Virus record (IMG/VR): IMGVR_UViG_3300048839_000424
Coordinates: 1-64,000 of that record
Reading direction: 5' to 3' (one strand)
Origin: a virus
DNA: 64,000 nt
The notes beneath the pieces are model-generated. The model had not been told where the DNA came from. It did not search any database and saw only the letters and a program-made list of their open reading frames with translations. Made by a program: the position numbers and the translations under genes. Shown piece by piece: positions 47,875-56,600 of this stretch; within the stretch, counting starts at the first letter, position 1, and every line of letters starts with the position of its first letter.

Positions 47875-48153
47875 ATGGATACCGAAGCCCTACTCTCCAA
47901 CGTCGAAGCGAAGCGCAAAGCACGCGCATCCGGCCTTCGAGTCGCCATCGTGAGCATGAACCCCCTTGACAAGACGTATCAAGGCAGGGTTCTTTCCTCC
48001 ACGGGTGCGACATGGTATGAGGTTCGGTTGAATCTCTCTGGTCGTCGTTGTCGTTGTTCTTGTGAGGACTTCCAACGGAATCTCCGACCTTGTAAGCATC
48101 TCGCGGCCTTCGCCAAGGTGCTCAGGGACACCCAGACCGGGGTTGTGGCCTGA
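47875..48153 (+). CDS. Stand-alone SWIM zinc-finger protein
   Basis: YEVRL...CSCEDF...PCKHL. Confidence 0.85.
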   Translation: MDTEALLSNVEAKRKARASGLRVAIVSMNPLDKTYQGRVLSSTGATWYEVRLNLSGRRCRCSCEDFQRNLRPCKHLAAFAKVLRDTQTGVVA

Positions 48154-48155
48154 CC

Positions 48156-48566
48156 ATGTTCGATACTCTGTTAGAACTAGGTAAGCAGGTTAGCGAGGCT
48201 CCTGGATTCACCTACCAGAAGGGCATGGTCGTAGTCTACCCCGATTCGGGGTCTGTGGACATGATCGTAGGTGAGGATGAAACCTATTGGCATACCGTCC
48301 CAATGGAGCACGGATTAGTGACTTGGCTCAGAATCAACAAGTCAAAAATGTCATTTATTCCCAAGCTGGATGCTCCTTTGACACGGGCGATCCTCTTGGC
48401 TCAGATTCATGAGCGGTCAAGTAAAACTCGCTCCGTCCACATTGAGCCTTCTCACGAGGGGTTCGTTTGCCATATCCAGAAGGAAGGCGGAGTCGTGGTC
48501 ACCTACTACTCGGACAGCGAAGAAGGTGCCCTAGCCAAAGCCTACTGTGAGTACCCTCACGAATGA
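48156..48566 (+). CDS. Hypothetical protein
   Basis: 136-aa ORF tightly packed between neighbours. Confidence 0.6.
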   Translation: MFDTLLELGKQVSEAPGFTYQKGMVVVYPDSGSVDMIVGEDETYWHTVPMEHGLVTWLRINKSKMSFIPKLDAPLTRAILLAQIHERSSKTRSVHIEPSHEGFVCHIQKEGGVVVTYYSDSEEGALAKAYCEYPHE

Positions 48567-48574
48567 GAATCTAG

Positions 48575-48604
48575 CTGTAAAAACTCGTGGGTTAGAGGCG
48601 TATA
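48575..48604 (+). promoter_or_regulatory. Repeated putative promoter, copy 3 (TGTAAA-N17-CGTA)
   Basis: CTGTAAAAACTCGTGGGTTAGAGGCGTATA; 6 nt before the ligA ATG, with no SD sequence. Confidence 0.75.
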
Positions 48605-48610
48605 GCAGTT

Positions 48611-50509
48611 ATGCAGACACCGGACCAGATCGTGGACTTGCTGATGGCGGCTAAGGACGCCTATTATAACGGCGATCCTATCATGACCGATGCGGATTTC
48701 GATGCCTTGGAGGATCGTCTCCGAGACCTGAATCCCAAGCATCCGTATTTCCGTATGGTCGGCGCAGCGGCGCCAACGGATACGAAATGGAAGAAAATGC
48801 TCCATAGCATTCCGATGGGATCTTTGGACAAGGCACAGGACCATGCGGAAGTCGTTTCTTGGTATCAGCCGGACAAGGGAAACCTTGTTGTTACTGAGAA
48901 GCTAGACGGAATTTCCATCTCCCTCGAATACGAGGATGGGGTTTTTGTTCGTGCGATCACCCGAGGTGATGGTATCGAAGGTGAGGATATCACCCGTAAC
49001 GTGATGCTCATGGATTTCCCGAAGAAGGCTTCGAACCTGACGGGACATGTCCGTGGAGAGATTATTCTCACCAAGGCGAACCATGTTCACCTTCCAGAGT
49101 ACAAGAATCTCCGCAATGCCGCAAGTGGCATCGCCAAGCGTGAAAAAGACGCAGAGGCGTGCAAGTACCTTTCGGTCATGGCGTACCAAGTGATCTCCAA
49201 GGAACTAGTTTTCCCTCGTAAGGAGACGGAGATCCTGGTTCTCCAGAAGCTCGGATTCACAACCCCCAACTACACCCTTGCAACCTCCTTGGAGGAAGTC
49301 GAAAATACCTACGAGGTATATGTCCACTCGATTCGTGAGGGGCTGAACTACGATATTGATGGACTGGTTGTCGAGTATGACGATTTGTCGGTGATGGAGG
49401 AACTTGGGGTAAGCTCATCGGGCCGTCCACGAGGGGCCATCGCGTACAAGTTCCCACATGAGGAAAAAACCGCGACCTTGGAAATGATCGTGTGGCCTAC
49501 TGGTCCTACGGGTCGAGTGACCCCCGTGGCGAAGTTCTCTCCGGTGGATCTGATGGGTGCGACGGTGGCCAAGGCTTCTTTGCACAATGTTGGAAATATT
49601 CAGCGGATCACGAATAAGCAGGGGTTCCGTATTGGAGACAAGATCACGGTTTCTCGTCGAAATGACGTGATCCCTTATGTAGAGCGGCTTGTTTCTGCCG
49701 GTAAGGGCGAGAAGCTAGAGACTCCGACCGTGTGTCTCTCGTGTGTTCATCCGTTGACGCGGGTTGGTGAGTATCTGGTCTGCCAGCAAAAGAACAACTG
49801 TCCAGCACAGATTCTTGGTAAGCTGACCAATTGGGTCAAAAAGACCAATACGATGGATGTCGGTCCCGCGATTTTGGAAGCGGCGGTCAACGCAAGTCTT
49901 GTGTCATCTATCTCGGACTTGTACGGTCTGGCGGAGTCAATGTGGCGTAAGCTCAAGCTCGAAGGTCGGGTCATGGGAGACCTTGGGGCCATCGTGTATA
50001 ATTCAATCATGGGCAACACGGTTCTACCACCGGAGATTATTCTCGGCAGCCTGAATATTGACCTTTGCGGTCGAACCACCTGCAAGACCATCCTGGATAG
50101 TATCTCCTACAAGCCGGGCTCGGTGGCGGATTTGACTCTAATCCCCACCAAGGTCTCATTCGACCAGTTGTCCAAGATCCCTGGCATCGGACCACAGAGG
50201 GCTAAGGCGTTTCTCGATGGTATCACAGAAAACCACGATGAGATCCTCGAACTTGCTCACTTTTTGAGTTTCCCCAAGCGTATCACTAGCGGCAAGGTTC
50301 TCGGTAAGACCTTTTGCTTCACTGGATTCCGAGATCCCGCACTGGAAGCTCGAATCCAGAAGGAAGGCGGAGAAATGAAGTCTTCTGTCGTCAAGGGACT
50401 GGACTACCTCGTGGTAAAGGACAAGAGCACGTCGTCAACGAAGGCTCAAAAGGCGCAGTCCCAGGGTACGATGATCGTGAACCGTCAAGAGCTAGAGGCC
50501 ATGCTATGA
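48611..50509 (+). CDS. ligA: NAD-dependent DNA ligase
   Basis: AYYNG..TDADFD, MGSLDK, EKLDG (adenylation Lys), TRGDG.EGED, RNAASG, DIDGLV, AIAYKF, GRVTP, Zn finger, HhH and C-terminal BRCT. Confidence 0.97.
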   Translation: MQTPDQIVDLLMAAKDAYYNGDPIMTDADFDALEDRLRDLNPKHPYFRMVGAAAPTDTKWKKMLHSIPMGSLDKAQDHAEVVSWYQPDKGNLVVTEKLDGISISLEYEDGVFVRAITRGDGIEGEDITRNVMLMDFPKKASNLTGHVRGEIILTKANHVHLPEYKNLRNAASGIAKREKDAEACKYLSVMAYQVISKELVFPRKETEILVLQKLGFTTPNYTLATSLEEVENTYEVYVHSIREGLNYDIDGLVVEYDDLSVMEELGVSSSGRPRGAIAYKFPHEEKTATLEMIVWPTGPTGRVTPVAKFSPVDLMGATVAKASLHNVGNIQRITNKQGFRIGDKITVSRRNDVIPYVERLVSAGKGEKLETPTVCLSCVHPLTRVGEYLVCQQKNNCPAQILGKLTNWVKKTNTMDVGPAILEAAVNASLVSSISDLYGLAESMWRKLKLEGRVMGDLGAIVYNSIMGNTVLPPEIILGSLNIDLCGRTTCKTILDSISYKPGSVADLTLIPTKVSFDQLSKIPGIGPQRAKAFLDGITENHDEILELAHFLSFPKRITSGKVLGKTFCFTGFRDPALEARIQKEGGEMKSSVVKGLDYLVVKDKSTSSTKAQKAQSQGTMIVNRQELEAML

Positions 50510-50751
50510 TTGTTTTCAAGACAGAGACGGGTAGCGTCTATCAATGGGACAAGGAGCAAGGGAGAATCCGTAGGCTCTCTGGGGATACACCTCCAACGAG
50601 CCGTGTAGGAGATGGATGGAAAACAGCGATCCATGTTCACCTGGAAGTAGGTCGGTCAGCGGTTATCGTCTGGGCGATCACGGACGAAGGGATCTCGCAA
50701 ACGACGGTCACCTCCTTTGTAGTGGAGATTAATCATGCCGAGCTTAATTAG
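50506..50751 (+). CDS. Hypothetical phage protein
   Basis: Likely start ATG 50506 (GAGG, ATGA overlap): MIVFKTETGSVY...TS.V. Confidence 0.6.
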   Translation: MIVFKTETGSVYQWDKEQGRIRRLSGDTPPTSRVGDGWKTAIHVHLEVGRSAVIVWAITDEGISQTTVTSFVVEINHAELN

Positions 50752-50992
50752 TCAACTCAATGACTTGTCGGTGTCAGTTAGCTCACTTCGCTACGTGCGA
50801 ATTCTGCTTGCTAGTCAACAGATCGTAGGCTATACTTTGATCACCGACGATGATTTTCAAGCGTTGGACGAGAACAGCACCTATCAGGTGCCCTCAACCC
50901 GATGCTTGGAATTTGATGATCTAGAGAAGGTCATCAATTTCTGTGTGCAACAAAAACTCACGCTCGATGGAGCGGTGGAAATTTACCTCTAA
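50735..50992 (+). CDS. Hypothetical protein
   Basis: 85 aa, GGAG RBS. Confidence 0.55.
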   Translation: MPSLISQLNDLSVSVSSLRYVRILLASQQIVGYTLITDDDFQALDENSTYQVPSTRCLEFDDLEKVINFCVQQKLTLDGAVEIYL

Positions 50993-51006
50993 CCAAACAG
51001 ACAAAA

Positions 51007-51222
51007 ATGGAACTAATCAGCAAGGAACAGGCAAAGCTCATTCGTACTCTAGGCGCACCGGATGATGGGGATGTATACCCTCTCGGACCCGGCAAGAACG
51101 CGGAGTTCGATGCCTCCAAGAAGGGGTTCACTATCCGAATCAACGGCAAGATCGTTGGAACAGTCCCCCTTCGAGCGGTGATGTCAGGAAGCAAGGATGA
51201 TGGCTCCCGAGAAAACAGTTGA
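51007..51222 (+). CDS. Hypothetical protein
   Basis: 71-aa ORF in the co-directional cluster. Confidence 0.5.
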   Translation: MELISKEQAKLIRTLGAPDDGDVYPLGPGKNAEFDASKKGFTIRINGKIVGTVPLRAVMSGSKDDGSRENS

Positions 51223-51558
51223 TTGGGAGACGCTTTTGAAGCAAATGGAGACCCTTCATAGGGGGGTCTCCTTTCTTCTGTTGCCTACACGAACGTCACC
51301 GAAGTGTTCTCTCGTACAGAGGGCGCTCGAAAACCAGAGGTCTGTCTTCTTCCCAACTTTGAGGATGATGGGGAAGAAGCCGTATTGTCATGGTCCTATC
51401 AGGGTATAAGGTCCAAGACCGTTTCCCTGGAGTTCACAACCGACCGAATCTCATGGTTCGTGATGGATGGTGAAAAATGCCTCGGGGGAAATGGAACAAA
51501 GATCCCGGATTGGGTGTATGATACCATCCAGAGAGTATTCCCAGAGGAGTCGCCATGA
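51197..51558 (+). pseudogene. Probable single hypothetical gene frameshifted at a G6 run
   Basis: ORFs 51197..51409 and 51304..51558 overlap; a -1 shift at GGGGGG (51261-51266) joins them. Confidence 0.45.
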
Positions 51559-51893
51559 ACTCAGATAAGACCAAGTGGGTGTTAGTGAATAACGACGCGC
51601 AGACTACATATACCTTGGGTAATGAGAATTGGCCAAGTTTGAATGGGAAGTCCCCGGAGGAGATTGCTTCAGAAGATCTCCTAGAGAAACTAATGGACGA
51701 CGTGTTTCAGTGGACTGAAGATTATATGCACCACGAGGAATTGGTAATTTTGAGCCTGATCTGGGAAAAGCTCAAATCTCTAGTGACAGAAAATCCTGTG
51801 CTAATCCTCTCTGAATCAGAGGTTGAGGAGCACTGCAAAGGGTATACAAGCATCGGAGAGCTAACCTTAGATAGTCTATGGTATGGAGAATAA
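51555..51893 (+). CDS. Hypothetical acidic protein
   Basis: 112 aa, GAGGAG RBS, ATGA overlap. Confidence 0.6.
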   Translation: MNSDKTKWVLVNNDAQTTYTLGNENWPSLNGKSPEEIASEDLLEKLMDDVFQWTEDYMHHEELVILSLIWEKLKSLVTENPVLILSESEVEEHCKGYTSIGELTLDSLWYGE

Positions 51894-51896
51894 ACC

Positions 51897-52286
51897 ATGA
51901 CTGACGACGAGTTTCAAGCTAAAAAAGAGGAGGCTATACGTAGAGGGTATCGCATTGGATACTCTTGCGTAGTCCCCGGTTTGTCTCAAGGTTGGTTGGG
52001 TAGTAACCCATGTACCGGGTCGTATGACACCGATGAGGAGGTTTGGGTTGCCATTGTCAAAAGCATGGAATCCGATGATGCTCGCTGGGCACGGAGGTCA
52101 TCCCGGCTCTCCATAGAGCGAGCACATCCTTATGACAAAAACCCCTCCCACCTGTACATATACGTGCGGTATGACGGTACTGTGAAGGGGTCGTATCGTC
52201 GAGATCTTGCTGAACTACTGGCAGCGGATGATCACGTAGACCCTAGCAAAATAATCGAGGTCAACTATGCCAAAAAAGAAGACTGA
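51897..52286 (+). CDS. Hypothetical protein
   Basis: 129 aa, GGAG RBS. Confidence 0.6.
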   Translation: MTDDEFQAKKEEAIRRGYRIGYSCVVPGLSQGWLGSNPCTGSYDTDEEVWVAIVKSMESDDARWARRSSRLSIERAHPYDKNPSHLYIYVRYDGTVKGSYRRDLAELLAADDHVDPSKIIEVNYAKKED

Positions 52287-52620
52287 AACCTTCACCGAGA
52301 AGGTCGTAAAAAAGACCCGGAAGAAGAAGCCCACTGTCGAGAACTTCTACGTCCAAGGGTCATGGCCCATTGGAATCAAAGAACTCCCCTTGCTTTTAAT
52401 CCGACCCTCTGAGGAGGTCAAGAAGGTCATGGGCAAGGTCAAAGCAGTTGCCTCGACAATGGACCAGTCCTTGATGATTTGGATGAGTGGCCCCTTGGGG
52501 GATGATATCGTGACCAAAATGAACGATGCAACCCGGATGTTCATTTGGGCGACTTACGATGACGCCAGCGGGCTCGTGTTTGATTTTGAACGAGAGGTGC
52601 CCACTAGCTCGACATGGTGA
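52267..52620 (+). CDS. Hypothetical protein, basic N-terminus
   Basis: 117 aa, GAGG RBS. Confidence 0.6.
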   Translation: MPKKKTETFTEKVVKKTRKKKPTVENFYVQGSWPIGIKELPLLLIRPSEEVKKVMGKVKAVASTMDQSLMIWMSGPLGDDIVTKMNDATRMFIWATYDDASGLVFDFEREVPTSSTW

Positions 52621-53207
52621 CGAGAACGCAAGCACGGGCGGCTAGGGTTCGCAGGAAAGTAGATCTCGGGCATCTACTGCGTAGCTATGGCTACGATGTC
52701 TACCCTGACGCGGAACGGGAACAGCAGTTCCGTTGTGACTTGCACGGTTCGGATAATAAACCATCGGCTCGCTTCTATCCGGCGACCAATAGTACCTACT
52801 GTTGGGTGTGTCAAAAATCCCGTGGTCCCTTGGACTACGTGATGGAAAAGGAGGGTATTGAAATGCGCCCTGCCTTGGACATCCTCGAAGCCAAGTACGA
52901 CTTGGGTGAGTTGAGGTGGTCGGATGAGGCCGAAGATAACCCCCTCCAAAGGTTCGAACAGGAACTCCAAAGTCTTGAGCATCCGAATCGAGGGTTCGAT
53001 GATGAACGAAAATCCGTAAGACGGTTGCTGGACACGGTAACCCGCGAGAGGGATCTGGATCTCCAAACGACTCTAAAACTCTGGGAGGTCTATGACCGAC
53101 TTGTCTATGGGGCCAAATATGAGTCTTGGGGGGAGAAGGAAAGTCTTGAGGGACTTCAGACGTTAAAAACCTCCGTGTTCAAGGAACTGAAAGCGAGAGC
53201 GGAATGA
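52614..53207 (+). CDS. Stand-alone CHC2 primase-type zinc-finger protein
   Basis: FRCDLH..DNKPS..TYCWVC..GPLDYVMEKEG..ALDIL matches the DnaG Zn-binding domain; no TOPRIM domain. Confidence 0.85.
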   Translation: MVTRTQARAARVRRKVDLGHLLRSYGYDVYPDAEREQQFRCDLHGSDNKPSARFYPATNSTYCWVCQKSRGPLDYVMEKEGIEMRPALDILEAKYDLGELRWSDEAEDNPLQRFEQELQSLEHPNRGFDDERKSVRRLLDTVTRERDLDLQTTLKLWEVYDRLVYGAKYESWGEKESLEGLQTLKTSVFKELKARAE

Positions 53208-53659
53208 TCCCCGGTCTGCGATATGCGGTCATCAATGACCCGGATCGGCATGGGTCATTCAGTGTCCTCTATCCAACGCCTTTACCCGGAAACATCTGGG
53301 GTGTACTGGCGCCGATTAAAGAGCATCCTTGGGGTGCATTGATTCCCACGGTGAGCGGAGATTTGTTGTCTCATGCGCTTCATGGTCATCCGAGGGAGTT
53401 GAGAAACGCTCTGGGTCGTCCTCCGTTGCATCGTCCCAAGCTGTTAGTGTTGAAGGATAAGCTCTGCATGGAGCATCAAAAGGATCTCTGTGTGATTCGA
53501 GGCCCCCATTGTATGCCCGGAAGCGGGAAGCTCCCGGACTGTTATGTAGCTCCGTATGAGGATATCGAGCTACGAAGACTTCTGACGGTGATTGGGAAAG
53601 CCTGGGACGAAGGACGTTATGTGTTCGTGGTTGAGGGGGATGAATTCCTTGTCACCTGA
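53204..53659 (+). CDS. Hypothetical Cys-containing protein
   Basis: 151 aa, ATGA overlap, 4 Cys clustered. Confidence 0.6.
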   Translation: MIPGLRYAVINDPDRHGSFSVLYPTPLPGNIWGVLAPIKEHPWGALIPTVSGDLLSHALHGHPRELRNALGRPPLHRPKLLVLKDKLCMEHQKDLCVIRGPHCMPGSGKLPDCYVAPYEDIELRRLLTVIGKAWDEGRYVFVVEGDEFLVT

Positions 53660-53679
53660 GCGTATAGTGTCAGATAGCT

Positions 53680-56600
53680 ATGGAAGATTTCCTGAATTGG
53701 TCTGAAGAAGAACGCCGCCCTAAAGTCCAGAAAAAACCCTGGATGGACCACAAGAAGATGGTTCTGGGCACCGTTGATAACCTCGACGATATCATTGACG
53801 AGTGCATCAAATCGGGACGGTACGCCATCGACCTCGAAACGACGGGGTTGAATAAAAACTCGTATCAGGTTACGATTACGGAAGGTCGAACGAAGGACCA
53901 AATCGTAGGGGTCTGTTTATCCCCCGATGGGAATGTTGGATACTATCTCCCTATTCGCCATCGGAAGGGGGAGGAGCATAACATCCCCGTCTCTCGGGTG
54001 GAGAGGGCGCTACGGAAGTTGGTGGAGTCTAATTCAGTAGCGACTTTTCATCATGCTCGATTCGACCAGGAGTTCTTGCAGTTCTCGGGAGGAAATAATC
54101 CCATCGGTACATGGGATGACCCTAAAAAATGGGATGACACGCTGATTCTAACATATCTCATCAACACCCGAGAGCACAATAAGGGACTGAAGCATCAGTC
54201 CAAGGTTCAGTTGGGTTTCGAGATGATCGAAATTGACGAGTTGTTCCCAGAGGACCACAAGGGAGGATATGACTTCTCCGAGTTGGACCCCTCTTGGGAA
54301 CCCGTGCTTTGGTATGCGGCTTCGGATGCGATCTGTACTTACTGTCTGTATGAAAAAATCTCCCCCATCGTATTGAAGGGGACATCAGAGAGGAAAGCAC
54401 AGGATCAGGTCTATCTCCTGGAGAAGATGTGTCTCCCTGCGACTCGATGGATGGAACGGGTTGGAATCAACATTGATCAGAACGTGGTCATTGACTTGAT
54501 TCGACTTGGACAGAAGGAGTTTTTCACCTGTCTTGAGGAAACCTACGACTTCCTGAATGCCAACCTTGGGAGAAAAGTCGAGCCCGGTTGGTTCTCCTTG
54601 CTCCGAGCGAAGAAAAATCTCGATGACGTAGACTTCAATATCTCGGACCAAATCGAGGAGTTCCGTAAGGAAGCCAAGCGTGAGGGAATGGATGCCCTTG
54701 ATGAGAAGGGGCATTACCTTGTGCTAAAACAGCATAACGGGGAATGGCCAGAGAAGTACGATATTCTTTCTCGACCCCAGCTAGGGCCTTTGTTTGAGGA
54801 GTTGGAGATCCCTGACCTTGCCCGTACTGAAAAATCAGGGCAAGTCAAGACCACACAGGATGAGATTGATCGTCTCTTTCAGAAGTTCGGAGATCAGTAC
54901 CCGTTCCTGCCAAAAATCAAGAGGCTAGGTGAGTTGCAGAAAGCCTTGGGGACGTATTTAATCTCTCTTCGACGGGATGTTGGTCCTGATGGTTGTTTGC
55001 ATCCGTACTACAATCAGTTGGGGACGGATACGGGAAGATATACGACCCCGAGTTCGGATAAACCTCAGTTGGACGGGGGCACGTCTTTCCCTGTACATGG
55101 AACACCGGCTACGTATGACACGAGCCGTCCCGCCTGTCTATTGGGTATTCGCAAGGCGGTCAAAGCCCGTAAGGGGAAGGTTCTTGCGGCATGTTTTGCA
55201 GAGGGTAGCCTAGTCTCAACAAAGAGAGGTTTGATCCCTGTAGAACAAGTCGAAGATACAGACGAGGTTCTCACGGAGGATGGGTGGAAAACCGTATCTT
55301 GGGCTGGCTATACGGGGGATAAAAACACAATAGCAATACAGACTCAAAAAGGGTTTGAGCTTCAAGTTACCGAGGACCACCTAATCCTAATTGCGGGTGA
55401 GAAAGGCTTCTCTTGGAAAGAAGCAAAGGATCTACAATCAGGAGATTGGGTTGTGCAAGTATCCGGTCATCCAATAGGGCAATCTGATAAGTTACCCGAA
55501 ACACCTTGGTCATCCAAAACTATTTCAGTGGTGCAAGAAAAACGCTATCCCTTGAAAACGCCTTCTTATATGACTGAAGGGTTAGCTGAATTTCTCGGTA
55601 GATTTATGGGTGATGGTTCAATCTCGCATGATAACGAATCCCCTGTGTCTGTAAACATTGCCTTGGGGTTAGATGTTAATGAATTACTGCCCAGCCTCAA
55701 CAGGACCGCAAAAGCATTGTTTGACCGAGAATTTGTGCATAAAGGGAGAGGGGATGTTACCATTAGCTCTCGTGTGTTAGCTCGTTGGTTGTGCCTGATT
55801 ACCAACAAAAATAAAGATGTCACAGAATTAGAGGTGCCTCAAGCTATTCTAAGAGGGGGTGAAAACCACACTGCTGCTTTCTTGAGAGGATTGTTTGATG
55901 CTGATGGATCGATAAAGAATAGAAAAGGTGACAATATAACCCTTTGGGTTACTTCAACAAAAATGTCACAACAAGTGCAGTTGATGCTACTGCACCAAGG
56001 CATCCAAGTACGTCGAGTTTCCTGTTCGAGAATAACAAACTTTGGAAGCATCCAAGGGTGGGAAATATCTATTTCTGGTATCAAAAACCTTGATCGGTTT
56101 AAAGAACGGATTGGTTTTTTGACACCACGTAAAACTGAACGCCTCAATCGTTTATTGGCATCGGGGAGAAATAGGGATATGTCCGAATTTTTCCCATTGA
56201 GTCTTGCTAAACAAGCGGTGATATGCCCACGGAACGAAAAAACTCGAAGGGTATTTACCAATGGTAGGCGAAAAAACCGGGTAAGTCGTCATCTGCTAAA
56301 TGCAGCACTACACCACCAAGAGGACTTGAATATGGAGTGGATGCACCTGCTTTTAGATGGACCTCTTTTATTTGATACTGTGGTGCATACCTCTCAGGTT
56401 GGAATCCAGAAGGTATATGATGTAACAGTACCGGAGGGTCAAAAACTCCAGGTGAATGGACTCCTTGCTCACAATTGCGACTTCGGTGGGGTTGAGTTGC
56501 GTATTGCTACCAATCTGTCCCGAGAGCCCAAGTGGATGAAGGAGTATTTCCACTGTAGCTCTTGTGATTTGATCTTCGACAATGGGGATGGGGAGAGCAC

